A stretch of DNA of 64,000 nt from an uncultured Candidatus Saccharibacteria bacterium (GTDB lineage: Bacteria; Patescibacteriota; Minisyncoccia; Phycocordibacterales; XYD1-FULL-46-19), in NCBI GenBank assembly GCA_964510655.1, contig CAZEAY010000001.1, positions 164,944-228,943 of the forward strand, given 5' to 3'. Positions 1-8,955 of the stretch are shown in pieces. The position numbers and the translations under genes were made by a program. The stretch's first letter is position 1, and each line of letters opens with the position of its first letter. The notes under the pieces are model-generated. The model had not been told where the DNA came from. It made no database searches and worked only from the letters and a program-made list of their open reading frames with translations.

Positions 1-80
1 CCAGAATAGCCATTAGGTACCAGAGGGCAGTACTCATCATTTGTTCTCCTGAGTGGATGGTGTTCAAAGGTTATTGGAGT

Positions 81-383
81 TTATGATCCGCCCATCGCCC
101 ATTTGACGTATTGGCCTAGCCAAACGAATGGACGGCTTAAGACGTAGCCGAGGACTCGGGTGGTTTTGGGGTGTCCGTCGTCGAGGTAGCTAACAAGCGC
201 TACTCCCAGGAAGAAAATCAAAAGTAGTGGCCAGAACAGGCACATCCCAAAAAACTCCCCATCGCTTGTTGGCTTGATGATTGAGCCTAAAATCCAAATC
301 AGAAATCGAACCACCAGGCTTCCAACGAAGAGCCAGATGACCAGTAGCAACAGTCCGATCAAGACTAGATTGGTGTGTGTCAT
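81..383 (-). CDS. hypothetical small integral membrane protein
   Basis: 100-aa ORF almost entirely hydrophobic (LVLIGLLLLVIWLFVGSLVV...); no recognisable motif. Confidence 0.35.
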   Translation of the reverse strand: MTHTNLVLIGLLLLVIWLFVGSLVVRFLIWILGSIIKPTSDGEFFGMCLFWPLLLIFFLGVALVSYLDDGHPKTTRVLGYVLSRPFVWLGQYVKWAMGGS

Positions 384-498
384 TACCGTTTTCTCCGCCT
401 TGTAGAATTGAAAGATCGTTTGTTTTGGAGTTTAGCAGTTTATTATTTTTTTATCAATTTCTGTTGAATTTTAGGCCACTTTCCCATATAGTTTCTTT

Positions 499-1719
499 AT
501 GAAGAGTGGAGCATTAAAACAATTCAACTTACCAGATAAACCAGGGGTTTATTTTTTTAAGCATGGGAAAAATATCCTTTATGTCGGCAAGGCTACTTCA
601 CTTAAAGATCGAGTACGGAGTTATTTTAATGTTGATCTAAATATTACGCGTGGACTCGGTATTGTTCAGATGGTTGAATTAGCTGATAGTATTTCTTTTA
701 TTGAAACAGACTCTGTTTTGGAGGCTTTGATTTTGGAGGCGGCTCAAATAAAAAAACATCGGCCGAAATATAATGTTAAAGAAAAAGATGATAAAAGTTT
801 TAATTTTGTGGTAATTACTAAAGAAGCTTTTCCACGAGTACTTTTGGTTCGTGGAAAACAATTACGAGAAGATGAAGAATTGGCTAAGCAGATAAAATTT
901 CAATTTGGTCCTTTTCCTCAGGGGAGTGAATTGAAAGAAGCTTTAAAAATAATTCGCAAAATATTTCCTTTTCGTGATAAATGCCTGCCTAAAGTTGGTA
1001 AACCTTGTTTCAATGCTCAAATCGGCTTATGTCCCGGGGTCTGTAGTGGGGCTGTTTCTGAACTGAACTATGCTCAAACAATAAAAAACCTAAAACGCTT
1101 ATTTGAGGGTAAGAAAAAAGATATTATTAAGGACCTAGAAAAACAAATGAAGGTTTTGGCGGGAAAGCAGGAGTTCGAAAAGGCTGGGGAGATAAAGAAA
1201 AAGATATTTACCCTGGGCCACATTCAAGATATTTCTTTGATCAAATATCGCGACAATCGAGAGAGGATTGGCGCTTTTCGGATTGAAGCCTATGACATCG
1301 CTCATCTAGCGGGTAAAGACACTGTGGGAGTGATGGCAGTGGTTTTAGATGGTGAAATGGATAAAAGTTCATACCGAAAATTTACCATAAAGGGACGTGG
1401 TAAAGACGTTGCCAATGATATTGAAAATTTAAAAGAAATTTTATCACGTCGCTTTAACCATGATGAATGGACCCTGCCTCAGATTATTGTTTTAGATGGT
1501 GGTAAGGCTCAACTAAAAGCCGGACAAAATATTTTAACAACCCTGGGTTTAGATATTGCTGCGGTTAGTGTTGTGAAGGATGAATTTCATCGAGCACGGG
1601 AAATTTTAGGCGATAAAAAAATAATTCGCGAGCACGAAAGAGAAATAATTTTAGCTAACAGTGAGGCTCATCGTTTCGCCATACATTTCCACAGGCAAAT
1701 TCGTGGACGGATGATATAA
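499..1719 (+). CDS. uvrC: UvrC-like excinuclease subunit (GIY-YIG + Cys motif + UVR + RNaseH-like endonuclease domain, no C-terminal HhH)
   Basis: GIY-YIG block GVYFFKHGKNILYVGKATSLKDRVRSYF, RPKYNVKEKDDKSF, Cys cluster PCFNAQIGLCPGVCSG, UVR-like QEFEKAGEIKKKI, endonuclease block IEAYDIAHLAGKDTVGVM...YRKFTIKG...IIVLDGGKAQL; ends at 406 aa without HhH. Confidence 0.8.
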   Translation: MKSGALKQFNLPDKPGVYFFKHGKNILYVGKATSLKDRVRSYFNVDLNITRGLGIVQMVELADSISFIETDSVLEALILEAAQIKKHRPKYNVKEKDDKSFNFVVITKEAFPRVLLVRGKQLREDEELAKQIKFQFGPFPQGSELKEALKIIRKIFPFRDKCLPKVGKPCFNAQIGLCPGVCSGAVSELNYAQTIKNLKRLFEGKKKDIIKDLEKQMKVLAGKQEFEKAGEIKKKIFTLGHIQDISLIKYRDNRERIGAFRIEAYDIAHLAGKDTVGVMAVVLDGEMDKSSYRKFTIKGRGKDVANDIENLKEILSRRFNHDEWTLPQIIVLDGGKAQLKAGQNILTTLGLDIAAVSVVKDEFHRAREILGDKKIIREHEREIILANSEAHRFAIHFHRQIRGRMI

Positions 1720-1789
1720 TAAAATAAATTACGAACTACTGCTTACGAATAATTTTGGTTATTCTTAATTTTTATTTCGAATTTATCTT

Positions 1790-3262
1790 ATGCCTGAAAA
1801 TTATTCATTTAAGTTGGCAGCCAATGAATGGTTAATAAAGACCAGATGGTTGTATTTGTTTTTGTTGGCGCTAACTTCTCTTGGGATAAATTGGAGCAAA
1901 CTTTCTGTTTTAAATTGGGCGAGTTTCACTTGGCTCAGTAATCCACTGCTGGTACTTTTTGTTTTGGCTTTTTTGGTCAACGCTTTACTGTATGTGGTTT
2001 CGCGAATGATTGATCTCGAGACTGCTCATCGTCACGTTTCCATCCTAAGTTTTCTCCAGGTTTCTTTTGAAATTGCGCTTATTTCGGCTCTTATTTATGA
2101 CTTTTCTGGAAGTATTAGTGTCGTTCCTGCTTTGTTATTTATTCCCATTGTTGAGTCTATTATTTTATTTGGGAATGTTGGACCCTTGGTGGTATCTATT
2201 CTAACGGGAGTGGTTTTAAATTTGATTGTTATTTTGGCTAATGCTCAAGCCGTACCATTTTTGTTTGGTCAAATAAAAGATGCCTCCTTTGATACTCTAA
2301 AAATTACCACTATCTTTAGTTGGTCTTTAATTTTTTCCGCTATCTATTTGGTGGTGGGGGCGATTTCAGCCTATATCGCTAAACAAATCGCGCAACGTGA
2401 GAAACTTTTGCTCCTAGAAACAGAAAATAAAGAAGTGCAAATGAATGCTTTGAAAAATTTTAATCAGGTTTTGGCTAGTGACACCAGAGCTTTGAAAGCT
2501 AAAGATTTTGAGTTAGAAATGGCCAACCGGAGACTAGAAACCCTAGAAGAGGCCAAATCCAAATTTATTTCTGTGACCGCTCATCAATTACGAACACCAT
2601 TGTCGGCTATTAAATGGACTTTTGATATGGTTTTGACTGGTGGATTGGGTCCGGTCACTCCTGAGCAGAAAGAATTTTTAAGTAAGGGGTTTGAGAGTAC
2701 TCAGCGAATGATCCATATTGTTAACGACTTACTTCATGTGGATCAGATGGATGCCAATAAAATTGAACTTAATTTTGAAAAGGTTAATCTAAACTCACTG
2801 ATTGAGAGTGTCAGTTTTGAATTTAATAATCAGGCGCAAAGTAAAGATATAAAATTGGATATAAAAGTTCCAGCTAAAGCCCTACCGGAAATTATGGGCG
2901 ATCAGTCTAAATTGCGAATTGTCTTGGAAAACCTCTTAGATAACGCAGTTAAATATACACCCAAAGGTGGTCAGATTACTCTAACCGCTTCTGATGCTAA
3001 ATTAAATTCGGCCCAAGCGATGATTGAAATTATTATTCAAGACTCTGGGATTGGGATCCCTGAATCTGAAAAATCTAAGATTTTTAGTAAGTTTTTCCGC
3101 GCGACTAATGCTATTCGCACGGAACCAGATGGTTCTGGTATCGGGCTCTTTATTTCTAAGGATATTATCGAAAAACATGGCGGGTCTTTGTGGTATGAAA
3201 GTAGCCCTAATAGTGGTTCAACTTTTTATGTCAGTTTGCCACTTAACCAGAAGGGTAAGTAG
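1790..3262 (+). CDS. sensor histidine kinase with polytopic N-terminal membrane domain
   Basis: multiple TM helices, H-box SVTAHQLRTPLSAIKW, N/G boxes LENLLDNAVKYT, DSGIGIPESEKSKIFSKFFRA, GSGIGLFISKDIIEKHGGSLW. Confidence 0.85.
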   Translation: MPENYSFKLAANEWLIKTRWLYLFLLALTSLGINWSKLSVLNWASFTWLSNPLLVLFVLAFLVNALLYVVSRMIDLETAHRHVSILSFLQVSFEIALISALIYDFSGSISVVPALLFIPIVESIILFGNVGPLVVSILTGVVLNLIVILANAQAVPFLFGQIKDASFDTLKITTIFSWSLIFSAIYLVVGAISAYIAKQIAQREKLLLLETENKEVQMNALKNFNQVLASDTRALKAKDFELEMANRRLETLEEAKSKFISVTAHQLRTPLSAIKWTFDMVLTGGLGPVTPEQKEFLSKGFESTQRMIHIVNDLLHVDQMDANKIELNFEKVNLNSLIESVSFEFNNQAQSKDIKLDIKVPAKALPEIMGDQSKLRIVLENLLDNAVKYTPKGGQITLTASDAKLNSAQAMIEIIIQDSGIGIPESEKSKIFSKFFRATNAIRTEPDGSGIGLFISKDIIEKHGGSLWYESSPNSGSTFYVSLPLNQKGK

Positions 3263-3334
3263 ATCGTCTTGTTTTTGCTAGGATTGTTAAGTATAATATG
3301 GTGAATTATTTAGTAAGCTTTAATTTTGAAGGCT

Positions 3335-3709
3335 ATGGCAGATCAAAAGAAAATTTTAATTGTAGAAGATGATGAATTTTTGCGTTCTTTAGCTGCAAAA
3401 CGTCTAGAAAAAGAGGGCTATCAGGTGCTGGCGGCGACCGATGGTGATATTGGTTTGAAAATGGCCAAGACGGAAAATCCAGTAATTATTCTTCTTGATC
3501 TTTTGTTGCCTGGTCTTTCTGGATATGAAGTGTTGGAAAAATTGCGAGAAGAGGAAGAAACTAAAAAGACTCCGATTATTGTTTTTTCTAATTTAGGGCA
3601 AAAAGAAGATGTTGAGAAGGCCAAGGGTTTGGGGGCCAATGACTTTTTAATTAAAGCCAACTTTACTCTTGACGATGTGGTAGAAAAGATTAAAACGTAC
3701 GTTGGTTAA
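3335..3709 (+). CDS. single-domain response regulator (receiver only)
   Basis: KILIVEDDEFLRSLAAKRLEKEGYQV...IILLDLLLPGLSGYEVLEKLR...IIVFSNLGQKEDVEKAKGLGANDFLIK; ATG at 3335 (track start at 3326 is a TTG). Confidence 0.85.
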   Translation: MADQKKILIVEDDEFLRSLAAKRLEKEGYQVLAATDGDIGLKMAKTENPVIILLDLLLPGLSGYEVLEKLREEEETKKTPIIVFSNLGQKEDVEKAKGLGANDFLIKANFTLDDVVEKIKTYVG

Positions 3710-3837
3710 ATTTTATTTTTGATTCTAAGATAAATAAAAACGGGGGATTTATTCCTCTGTTTTTTGTTACTCGTCTTGTTTAAATTATATTTTTAGATTA
3801 TTCTGATAAATAGATCTAGTGGGAAGGAGTATCTCTC

Positions 3838-4023
3838 ATGATCGATTCTGAAGAGAGGATGCGTATTCCCAAGGGCTTGCGCATTACCAAGACTCTTGGG
3901 GAACATCCTCAGCCAGCAGACGACGGTGTTCGTCTTGATGCTGTGGCTTTCCGAGAAGCTTCGAGGAGGAGAGTCGGGTGTTGTCATCCGACCAGATTCA
4001 TCGTTCTCCCTGATCGGAGCTGA
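3838..4023 (+). CDS. GC-rich ORFan mini-gene (61 aa) followed by its own terminator
   Basis: GGGAAGGAG SD 7 nt before ATG; local GC clearly above flanks; overlapping ORFs on both strands so a structured RNA cannot be excluded. Confidence 0.3.
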   Translation: MIDSEERMRIPKGLRITKTLGEHPQPADDGVRLDAVAFREASRRRVGCCHPTRFIVLPDRS

Positions 4024-4045
4024 CTCACTCCTGTGTCGAATTTTA

Positions 4046-4087
4046 CCCCACCCGTCGAAAGACAACGACGGGTGGGGATTTTGTTTG
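4046..4087 (+). terminator. intrinsic terminator
   Basis: ccccacccgtcg-aaagacaa-cgacgggtgggg hairpin then ATTTTGTTTG. Confidence 0.75.
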
Positions 4088-4183
4088 TAATTCAGGGTTA
4101 AATCTGGACCTATTTAGGTAGAAAAAAATTATTATAGATATACACAGTGGGACTTTGTTTTTTTGGGTGTTATAATTAAATCA

Positions 4184-5149
4184 ATGTCTCAAATTCGAGT
4201 TGGAATTGTCCGTGGTGGACCTAGTTCAGAATATGAAGTCTCTTTAAAAACAGGAGGCAGTGTTTTGGCTAATTTACCAACTCATTACCATAAAGAAGAT
4301 ATCTTAATTACGAAGGATGGTGTTTGGCATTTGCGTGGCGAACCGATTGCTCGACAAAATTTGCCTAATTATATCGACGTCGCCTTTCTGTGTCTTCATG
4401 GAGAATATGGAGAGGATGGTCAGGTTCAGCGAATTTTAGAAACCGTTGGTCTACCTTACACGGGGTCGGGGAGTTTGGCTTCGGCTTTAGGTATGAATAA
4501 GTTGCATACAAAAAAATATTTATCAGCCCATGGCATTAAAATGCCTCGTCATATTCACGTTGTGGCTGGTGACAATCCAATTGAAAAAACCCATGAAGTG
4601 TTTTTAAAGTTTGCTCCGCCTTACATTGTTAAACCGACCGACCGGGGTTCATCTGTCGGCTTGTTTGTTGTAAAAAGCGTCCATGATTTGCCTCAGGCTA
4701 TTTCTGCCTGTTTACAGATTTCAGATTCTGTCTTGGTGGAAGAATTTATTCGTGGTAGAGAGGCAACCTGTGGGGTGGTAGAAAAAATGCGTGGTCATGA
4801 TATTTATCCTCTTTATCCCACTGAGATTGTTCCTCCCCCTAAGCAAACCTATGATTATGATGCTAAATATAATTCGGTCGAGACAAAAATTGTTTGTCCT
4901 GGACGCTTTGCTCCAGAAGAAAAGCATCAGATTGCCAGGCTGGCGGTTTTAGCTCACGAAAAACTTGGACTTAGACATTATTCTCGTTCTGATTTTATCG
5001 TTTCTCCTCGAGGAATCTATTATCTGGAAACAAATACTCTTCCCGGTTTAACAGACCATTCCCTTGTTCCTAAGGCGGTCTCGGCGGCGGGAATCAATTA
5101 TGGCGATTTTTTAGATCACTTGATTAAGCTTGCTCTGGGTAAGATCTAA
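4184..5149 (+). CDS. ddl: D-alanine--D-alanine ligase
   Basis: IRVGIVRGGPSSEYEVSLKTG, CLHGEYGEDGQVQRILETVGLPYTGSGSLASALGMNKLHTK, ATP-grasp C-terminal half; ATG at 4184 preferred over the upstream TTG. Confidence 0.9.
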   Translation: MSQIRVGIVRGGPSSEYEVSLKTGGSVLANLPTHYHKEDILITKDGVWHLRGEPIARQNLPNYIDVAFLCLHGEYGEDGQVQRILETVGLPYTGSGSLASALGMNKLHTKKYLSAHGIKMPRHIHVVAGDNPIEKTHEVFLKFAPPYIVKPTDRGSSVGLFVVKSVHDLPQAISACLQISDSVLVEEFIRGREATCGVVEKMRGHDIYPLYPTEIVPPPKQTYDYDAKYNSVETKIVCPGRFAPEEKHQIARLAVLAHEKLGLRHYSRSDFIVSPRGIYYLETNTLPGLTDHSLVPKAVSAAGINYGDFLDHLIKLALGKI

Positions 5150-5206
5150 AATTGAGTTTTTTTATTACTTCTTGGATTTTAATTAGTCGACTGATATAAT
5201 GTCTTT

Positions 5207-5491
5207 ATGGAAGGCGTTTTAAAGTCGGATATTTTCTTTTTTATCACCTCACTCGTAGTAATTTTGATTGGGATTGGGTCAGTTATGGTTTTCTTTTATT
5301 TGGTTAATATTTTGCGTGACGTTAAAGATGTTTCGCGCACTGTCAAAGAGGAAACTAGGGGTATTGCCGAAGACCTTTCACAATTACGAACCAAAGTGAA
5401 AACTGGTGGCGTGGTGGTTGGGGTGCTGACTTTTTTCCGTCGCTTATTGTCACGCAGTAAAAAAGGTCGTAAACATAGTAAGGGTAATTAA
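5207..5491 (+). CDS. hypothetical small membrane protein
   Basis: one N-terminal TM helix, basic C-terminus. Confidence 0.4.
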   Translation: MEGVLKSDIFFFITSLVVILIGIGSVMVFFYLVNILRDVKDVSRTVKEETRGIAEDLSQLRTKVKTGGVVVGVLTFFRRLLSRSKKGRKHSKGN

Positions 5492-5516
5492 AAAAATAAT
5501 TTTAAATATAAATATT

Positions 5517-5885
5517 ATGGCAAGTAAGAAAACAACAGGTGTTGGCGCCGCTGGGATGGTCGGGATTGCGGCTACTTTAGCTGCGGCGGTGGCAGGAGGC
5601 TATTTTCTTTATGGTAAAGATGGGGCCAAAAATCGCAAAAAGATAAAAAGTTGGATGTTAAAAGCTAAGGGTGAGGTTTTAGAACAAATGGAGAAGGGGA
5701 AAGAGATGACCGAAGAAACCTATCACAATGTTATTGATAAGGTGTCCCAAAAATATCAAGCGGTTAAGAATATTGATCCCACTGAATTGCAACAGATGAC
5801 AAAAGAATTGAAGGGTCATTGGAAAAGTATCAAGAGCCAATTGTCCCCCAAGGCTAAAAGTAAAAAGAAAGTAGCTAAAAAGTAA
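5517..5885 (+). CDS. hypothetical membrane-anchored, Lys-rich coiled-coil protein
   Basis: N-terminal TM/Gly-Ala-rich helix then charged helical region. Confidence 0.4.
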   Translation: MASKKTTGVGAAGMVGIAATLAAAVAGGYFLYGKDGAKNRKKIKSWMLKAKGEVLEQMEKGKEMTEETYHNVIDKVSQKYQAVKNIDPTELQQMTKELKGHWKSIKSQLSPKAKSKKKVAKK

Positions 5886-5892
5886 TAAAATA

Positions 5893-5936
5893 AATCAAAA
5901 ATAGCCTAAATATGGGCTATTTTTGATTTATTTTAT
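5893..5936 (+). terminator. intrinsic terminator
   Basis: aaatcaaaaatagcc / ggctatttttgattt stem plus T-run. Confidence 0.7.
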
Positions 5937-6042
5937 ATCCCCAATTTTTTGCGTGCTTTTATTTTACTCATGTTATAATTGTGGACAGTAAGCTCGCTTC
6001 TTAGTGAACAGAGTTTATGCTTTTTATTATTAGTCGATTAAA

Positions 6043-7530
6043 ATGACAGAAAGAAAAATTTTCTTACGGTTTTTGTTTTTTATTGCTATTTTTTTTATCA
6101 ACAGTGGTCGTGTTTTTGCATCTCCTAATATTTTTGATATTTCGCCGACTTCGGGTAGCCGAATCAATGGTTTTACTAGTCTTACCTTTTCTACCACTGA
6201 GCTGAACGATGTTGGTTGTCAGATTGATGGTTTAAACTGGGGCAGACCCTGTGGCGCATCAAATTTTACTTCTATCCCTGGTTGGGGCAATGTTGAGGAG
6301 GGTACCGTCACTTTATTGATTAGTGGTACCGACCAAGAAGGAAATTCTTTCTCTACTACTACGACCTATCTTAAAGACACCCTGTTGCCAATTATTAATC
6401 TAATTGGTTCCAGTGAAGAGTCTGTGGTGGTGGGTACCACCTACACTGACCCTGGAGTCACTGCCTCTAACGAATTTGGAGTGGATTTAACTGCTGATGT
6501 TGTGGTTGGTGGAGACATTGTCGATATTAACACTCTCGGAGATTATACTATTACTTATAATGTAGCTGATTCACTTGGTGATCAGGCACTTGAGGTTCGT
6601 CGGATTGTTCATATTATTCCTTTTGCTGTCACTGGTTTGTCTGACGATTTTATTCCGACCAAAAATAAAACCTGGAGTTGGTCAGCCAATAAAGCCGATT
6701 CCACTTTTCGATTTTCCTTAGACCAAGATGTTTCTGGTGTCATCGATGGAGAATATTCCAGTCTAACAGGAACTAGTACTGAAAATTTAGCTGATGGAAC
6801 TTATTATTTACATGTTCAAGCTAAAGATTTATCAGATAATGAGAGTTTAGTGACAACTGTTTCTGTCGTTATTGATAATACTCCTCCAGTTATTGATGTT
6901 CTTGGTTCTAATCCCCTGAACTTAGTTGTTGGTGAAAGCTTCACTGATCCTGGAGCCACTTCTACTGATTCAATTGACGGAAGTGTGATTACTACTTCTG
7001 CTGGCTCAGTTGATAGTAATACGGCTGGGACTTATACGATTACTTATTCCGCCACTGATCGGGCGGGTAATGATGCTAGTGGTAGTCGCACGATTGTTGT
7101 TAGTCCCGCTCCATCTCGCAGCGGAGGTGGTGGAGGAGGAGGGTCTAGTCGAGTTTCTACTTCTCAGGTAAATGTAGCTCCAACTAGCCCCGTTTCTTCT
7201 GGGATTGTGTTGGGCGCCTCCACTTTTAGATTTTTGAAAGACTTATCTTTTGGAATGAAAAATAATGATGTCAATGAGTTACAGTTACGCTTGATTAAAG
7301 AGGGATACCTAAAATCTTTGAACACTGGTTATTTTGGGTCGCAAACTTTATTGGCGGTCAAAACTTATCAAAAAAGACACCAATTGCCAGCAAGTGGGTT
7401 TTTTGGCCCAATGACTCGTGCTATGATAAATGGAGATAATCAGACTGAGCTCGATCAGACAAAAATAAATGCTCTCCTTGAGCAATTAAAATATTTTCAA
7501 ACTTTGTTAGATAAGATTAAAAATAAATAA
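6043..7530 (+). CDS. secreted surface protein: signal peptide, Ig-like repeats, Gly linker, C-terminal peptidoglycan-binding (PG_binding_1-like) domain
   Basis: signal peptide LFFIAIFFINSGRVFA; repeated ...TDPGVTA/TDPGATS Ig-like modules; GGGGGGGS linker; C-terminal VNELQLRLIKEGYL...GYFGSQTLLAVKTYQKRHQLPASGFFGPMTRAMI. Confidence 0.7.
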   Translation: MTERKIFLRFLFFIAIFFINSGRVFASPNIFDISPTSGSRINGFTSLTFSTTELNDVGCQIDGLNWGRPCGASNFTSIPGWGNVEEGTVTLLISGTDQEGNSFSTTTTYLKDTLLPIINLIGSSEESVVVGTTYTDPGVTASNEFGVDLTADVVVGGDIVDINTLGDYTITYNVADSLGDQALEVRRIVHIIPFAVTGLSDDFIPTKNKTWSWSANKADSTFRFSLDQDVSGVIDGEYSSLTGTSTENLADGTYYLHVQAKDLSDNESLVTTVSVVIDNTPPVIDVLGSNPLNLVVGESFTDPGATSTDSIDGSVITTSAGSVDSNTAGTYTITYSATDRAGNDASGSRTIVVSPAPSRSGGGGGGGSSRVSTSQVNVAPTSPVSSGIVLGASTFRFLKDLSFGMKNNDVNELQLRLIKEGYLKSLNTGYFGSQTLLAVKTYQKRHQLPASGFFGPMTRAMINGDNQTELDQTKINALLEQLKYFQTLLDKIKNK

Positions 7531-7531
7531 C

Positions 7532-8905
7532 ATGAAAATCACTAATATTTTCTCTCGGCTAGTGTTGTCGGCCTTCCTCTGCCTAATTGTTTTGGTGGCG
7601 GTAAAGGCTTCGGCCGAGACCGTCGTCATTATCAAAAATGTCAATTCTGTTAGTCGTCAAGTGGAGTTAACTAACATAGTTGAAACCGATGTAGACTTGT
7701 CTGGTTGGAAGCTTGATCAGCAAAATCTACCAGTTGGCGAGGCGAATCCTTTGATTAGTACCGATTTGTCTGGAACAATTTCTGCAATGAGTGACAGAAG
7801 TTTTGCGGTTGAGGGATTTGGTCCTGAGGGGGCTATCTTTTATCTTTATGATCAAGATAATAATCTGGTTATGAGTGCCACCCTGGCTTTGAATGAAGAA
7901 GTCCCAGTGATTTCTGGAGTTTCTCCTGTTTCAGGAAGTCGGGTGGGAAGTCTAACAACTTTAACTTTTTCCAGTAGTAAATTTAATGATCCCGGGTGTC
8001 AGGTGGATGGTTTAAACTGGGGTAGTCCTTGCCAAGGGTTGACCTTTATGGCGATTCCGGGTTGGGGCAATGTAGAAGAGGGACCATTTACCTTAACCAT
8101 TAGAGATACTAATTCTGTTGGGGTAGAAGGTAGACTAGATATTAGCTATATCAAGGATGTAACTCCACCAACTCTTGTTAGTGCTACAGCTATTGATGCT
8201 ACAACCATTAGCTTGAGCTTTAACGAATACCTAAAATCTCCTGTTTTGTCTTCAGATTTTATGGTTAGTGGTAATAGTGGTGATAATCCTGTTGTCTCGG
8301 CGACCGTTGTTGGTTCTGTTATTGTCTTAAAACTCCAAAACTCATTTTTAAGTACGGATAATATTTTATTAAACATTAATCCATTTAATCCAATTAGTAT
8401 TAAAGATACTGTTGGTAATGAGTTTATTCCAGTTGAAACAATTTCAGTGGTTAACAATATTCCTGTTGTTGTGACTTCTCCAGCGGGACAGGGAAATTCA
8501 TCTGGAGGGGGAGGAGGTAGCAGAACTACTGGTTATCTTAATTTAACTCTGGCTCCTGGCGGACAAGTTTTGGGTTTTGCCATCTTCCGCTTCAACAACA
8601 ACTTATCCCAAGGACAAAAACATCCCGATGTGATGGAGTTACAAAAACGTTTGATTAGAGAAGGCTTTATGGCTTCCGCTAGCACAACTGATTATTTTGG
8701 ACCAAAAACTTTAGCGGCCGTAAAGCTTTACCAGAAAAAAAATAAATTGCCAACCAACGGTTATGTTGGTCCAATGACTCGTTCAGTACTAAATGGTTGG
8801 TTTACAAAAAATCGTCCAGTGACTAATTTGGCCAATGTTAATCAGCAAGAATTAATTAGGTTACAAAACTTGCTAGAAATGTTGTTAAAGTTGATTAAAA
8901 AGTAG
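7532..8905 (+). CDS. secreted paralog: lamin-tail-domain (LTD)-like N-terminus, shared DGLNWG..PGWGNVEEG module, Ig-like region, C-terminal peptidoglycan-binding domain
   Basis: signal peptide; LTD-like VVIIKNVNSVSRQVELTNIVETDVDLSGWKLDQ; DGLNWGSPCQGLTFMAIPGWGNVEEG matches DGLNWGRPCGASNFTSIPGWGNVEEG of 6043..7530; C-terminus MELQKRLIREGF...YFGPKTLAAVKLYQKKNKLPTNGYVGPMTRSVL. Confidence 0.7.
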   Translation: MKITNIFSRLVLSAFLCLIVLVAVKASAETVVIIKNVNSVSRQVELTNIVETDVDLSGWKLDQQNLPVGEANPLISTDLSGTISAMSDRSFAVEGFGPEGAIFYLYDQDNNLVMSATLALNEEVPVISGVSPVSGSRVGSLTTLTFSSSKFNDPGCQVDGLNWGSPCQGLTFMAIPGWGNVEEGPFTLTIRDTNSVGVEGRLDISYIKDVTPPTLVSATAIDATTISLSFNEYLKSPVLSSDFMVSGNSGDNPVVSATVVGSVIVLKLQNSFLSTDNILLNINPFNPISIKDTVGNEFIPVETISVVNNIPVVVTSPAGQGNSSGGGGGSRTTGYLNLTLAPGGQVLGFAIFRFNNNLSQGQKHPDVMELQKRLIREGFMASASTTDYFGPKTLAAVKLYQKKNKLPTNGYVGPMTRSVLNGWFTKNRPVTNLANVNQQELIRLQNLLEMLLKLIKK

Positions 8906-8955
8906 ACATGTTTCCTGAATAAAATTTTATTCCTAACTGTTTTGACGAATAACCA

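Noticed and set aside
679-861. Short antisense or alternate-frame ORFs inside uvrC, ddl, leuS, alaS, dnaK, dnaJ, rpsM, rpsK and others (many 60-115-aa entries in the ORF track)
   Set aside because: Each is embedded in a longer gene with strong homology signatures, and their low-complexity translations are typical of frame artefacts in AT-rich DNA.
3790-4090. GC-rich segment with overlapping ORFs on both strands, which looked like a structured RNA (RNase P RNA, tmRNA, 6S or SRP RNA)
   Set aside because: I found none of the conserved RNase P, tmRNA or SRP motifs by eye. The segment has a GGAAGGAG SD 7 nt before an ATG and ends in a terminator, exactly like the other GC-rich protein cassettes in this window. 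It is kept as a low-confidence CDS, though an ncRNA is not excluded.
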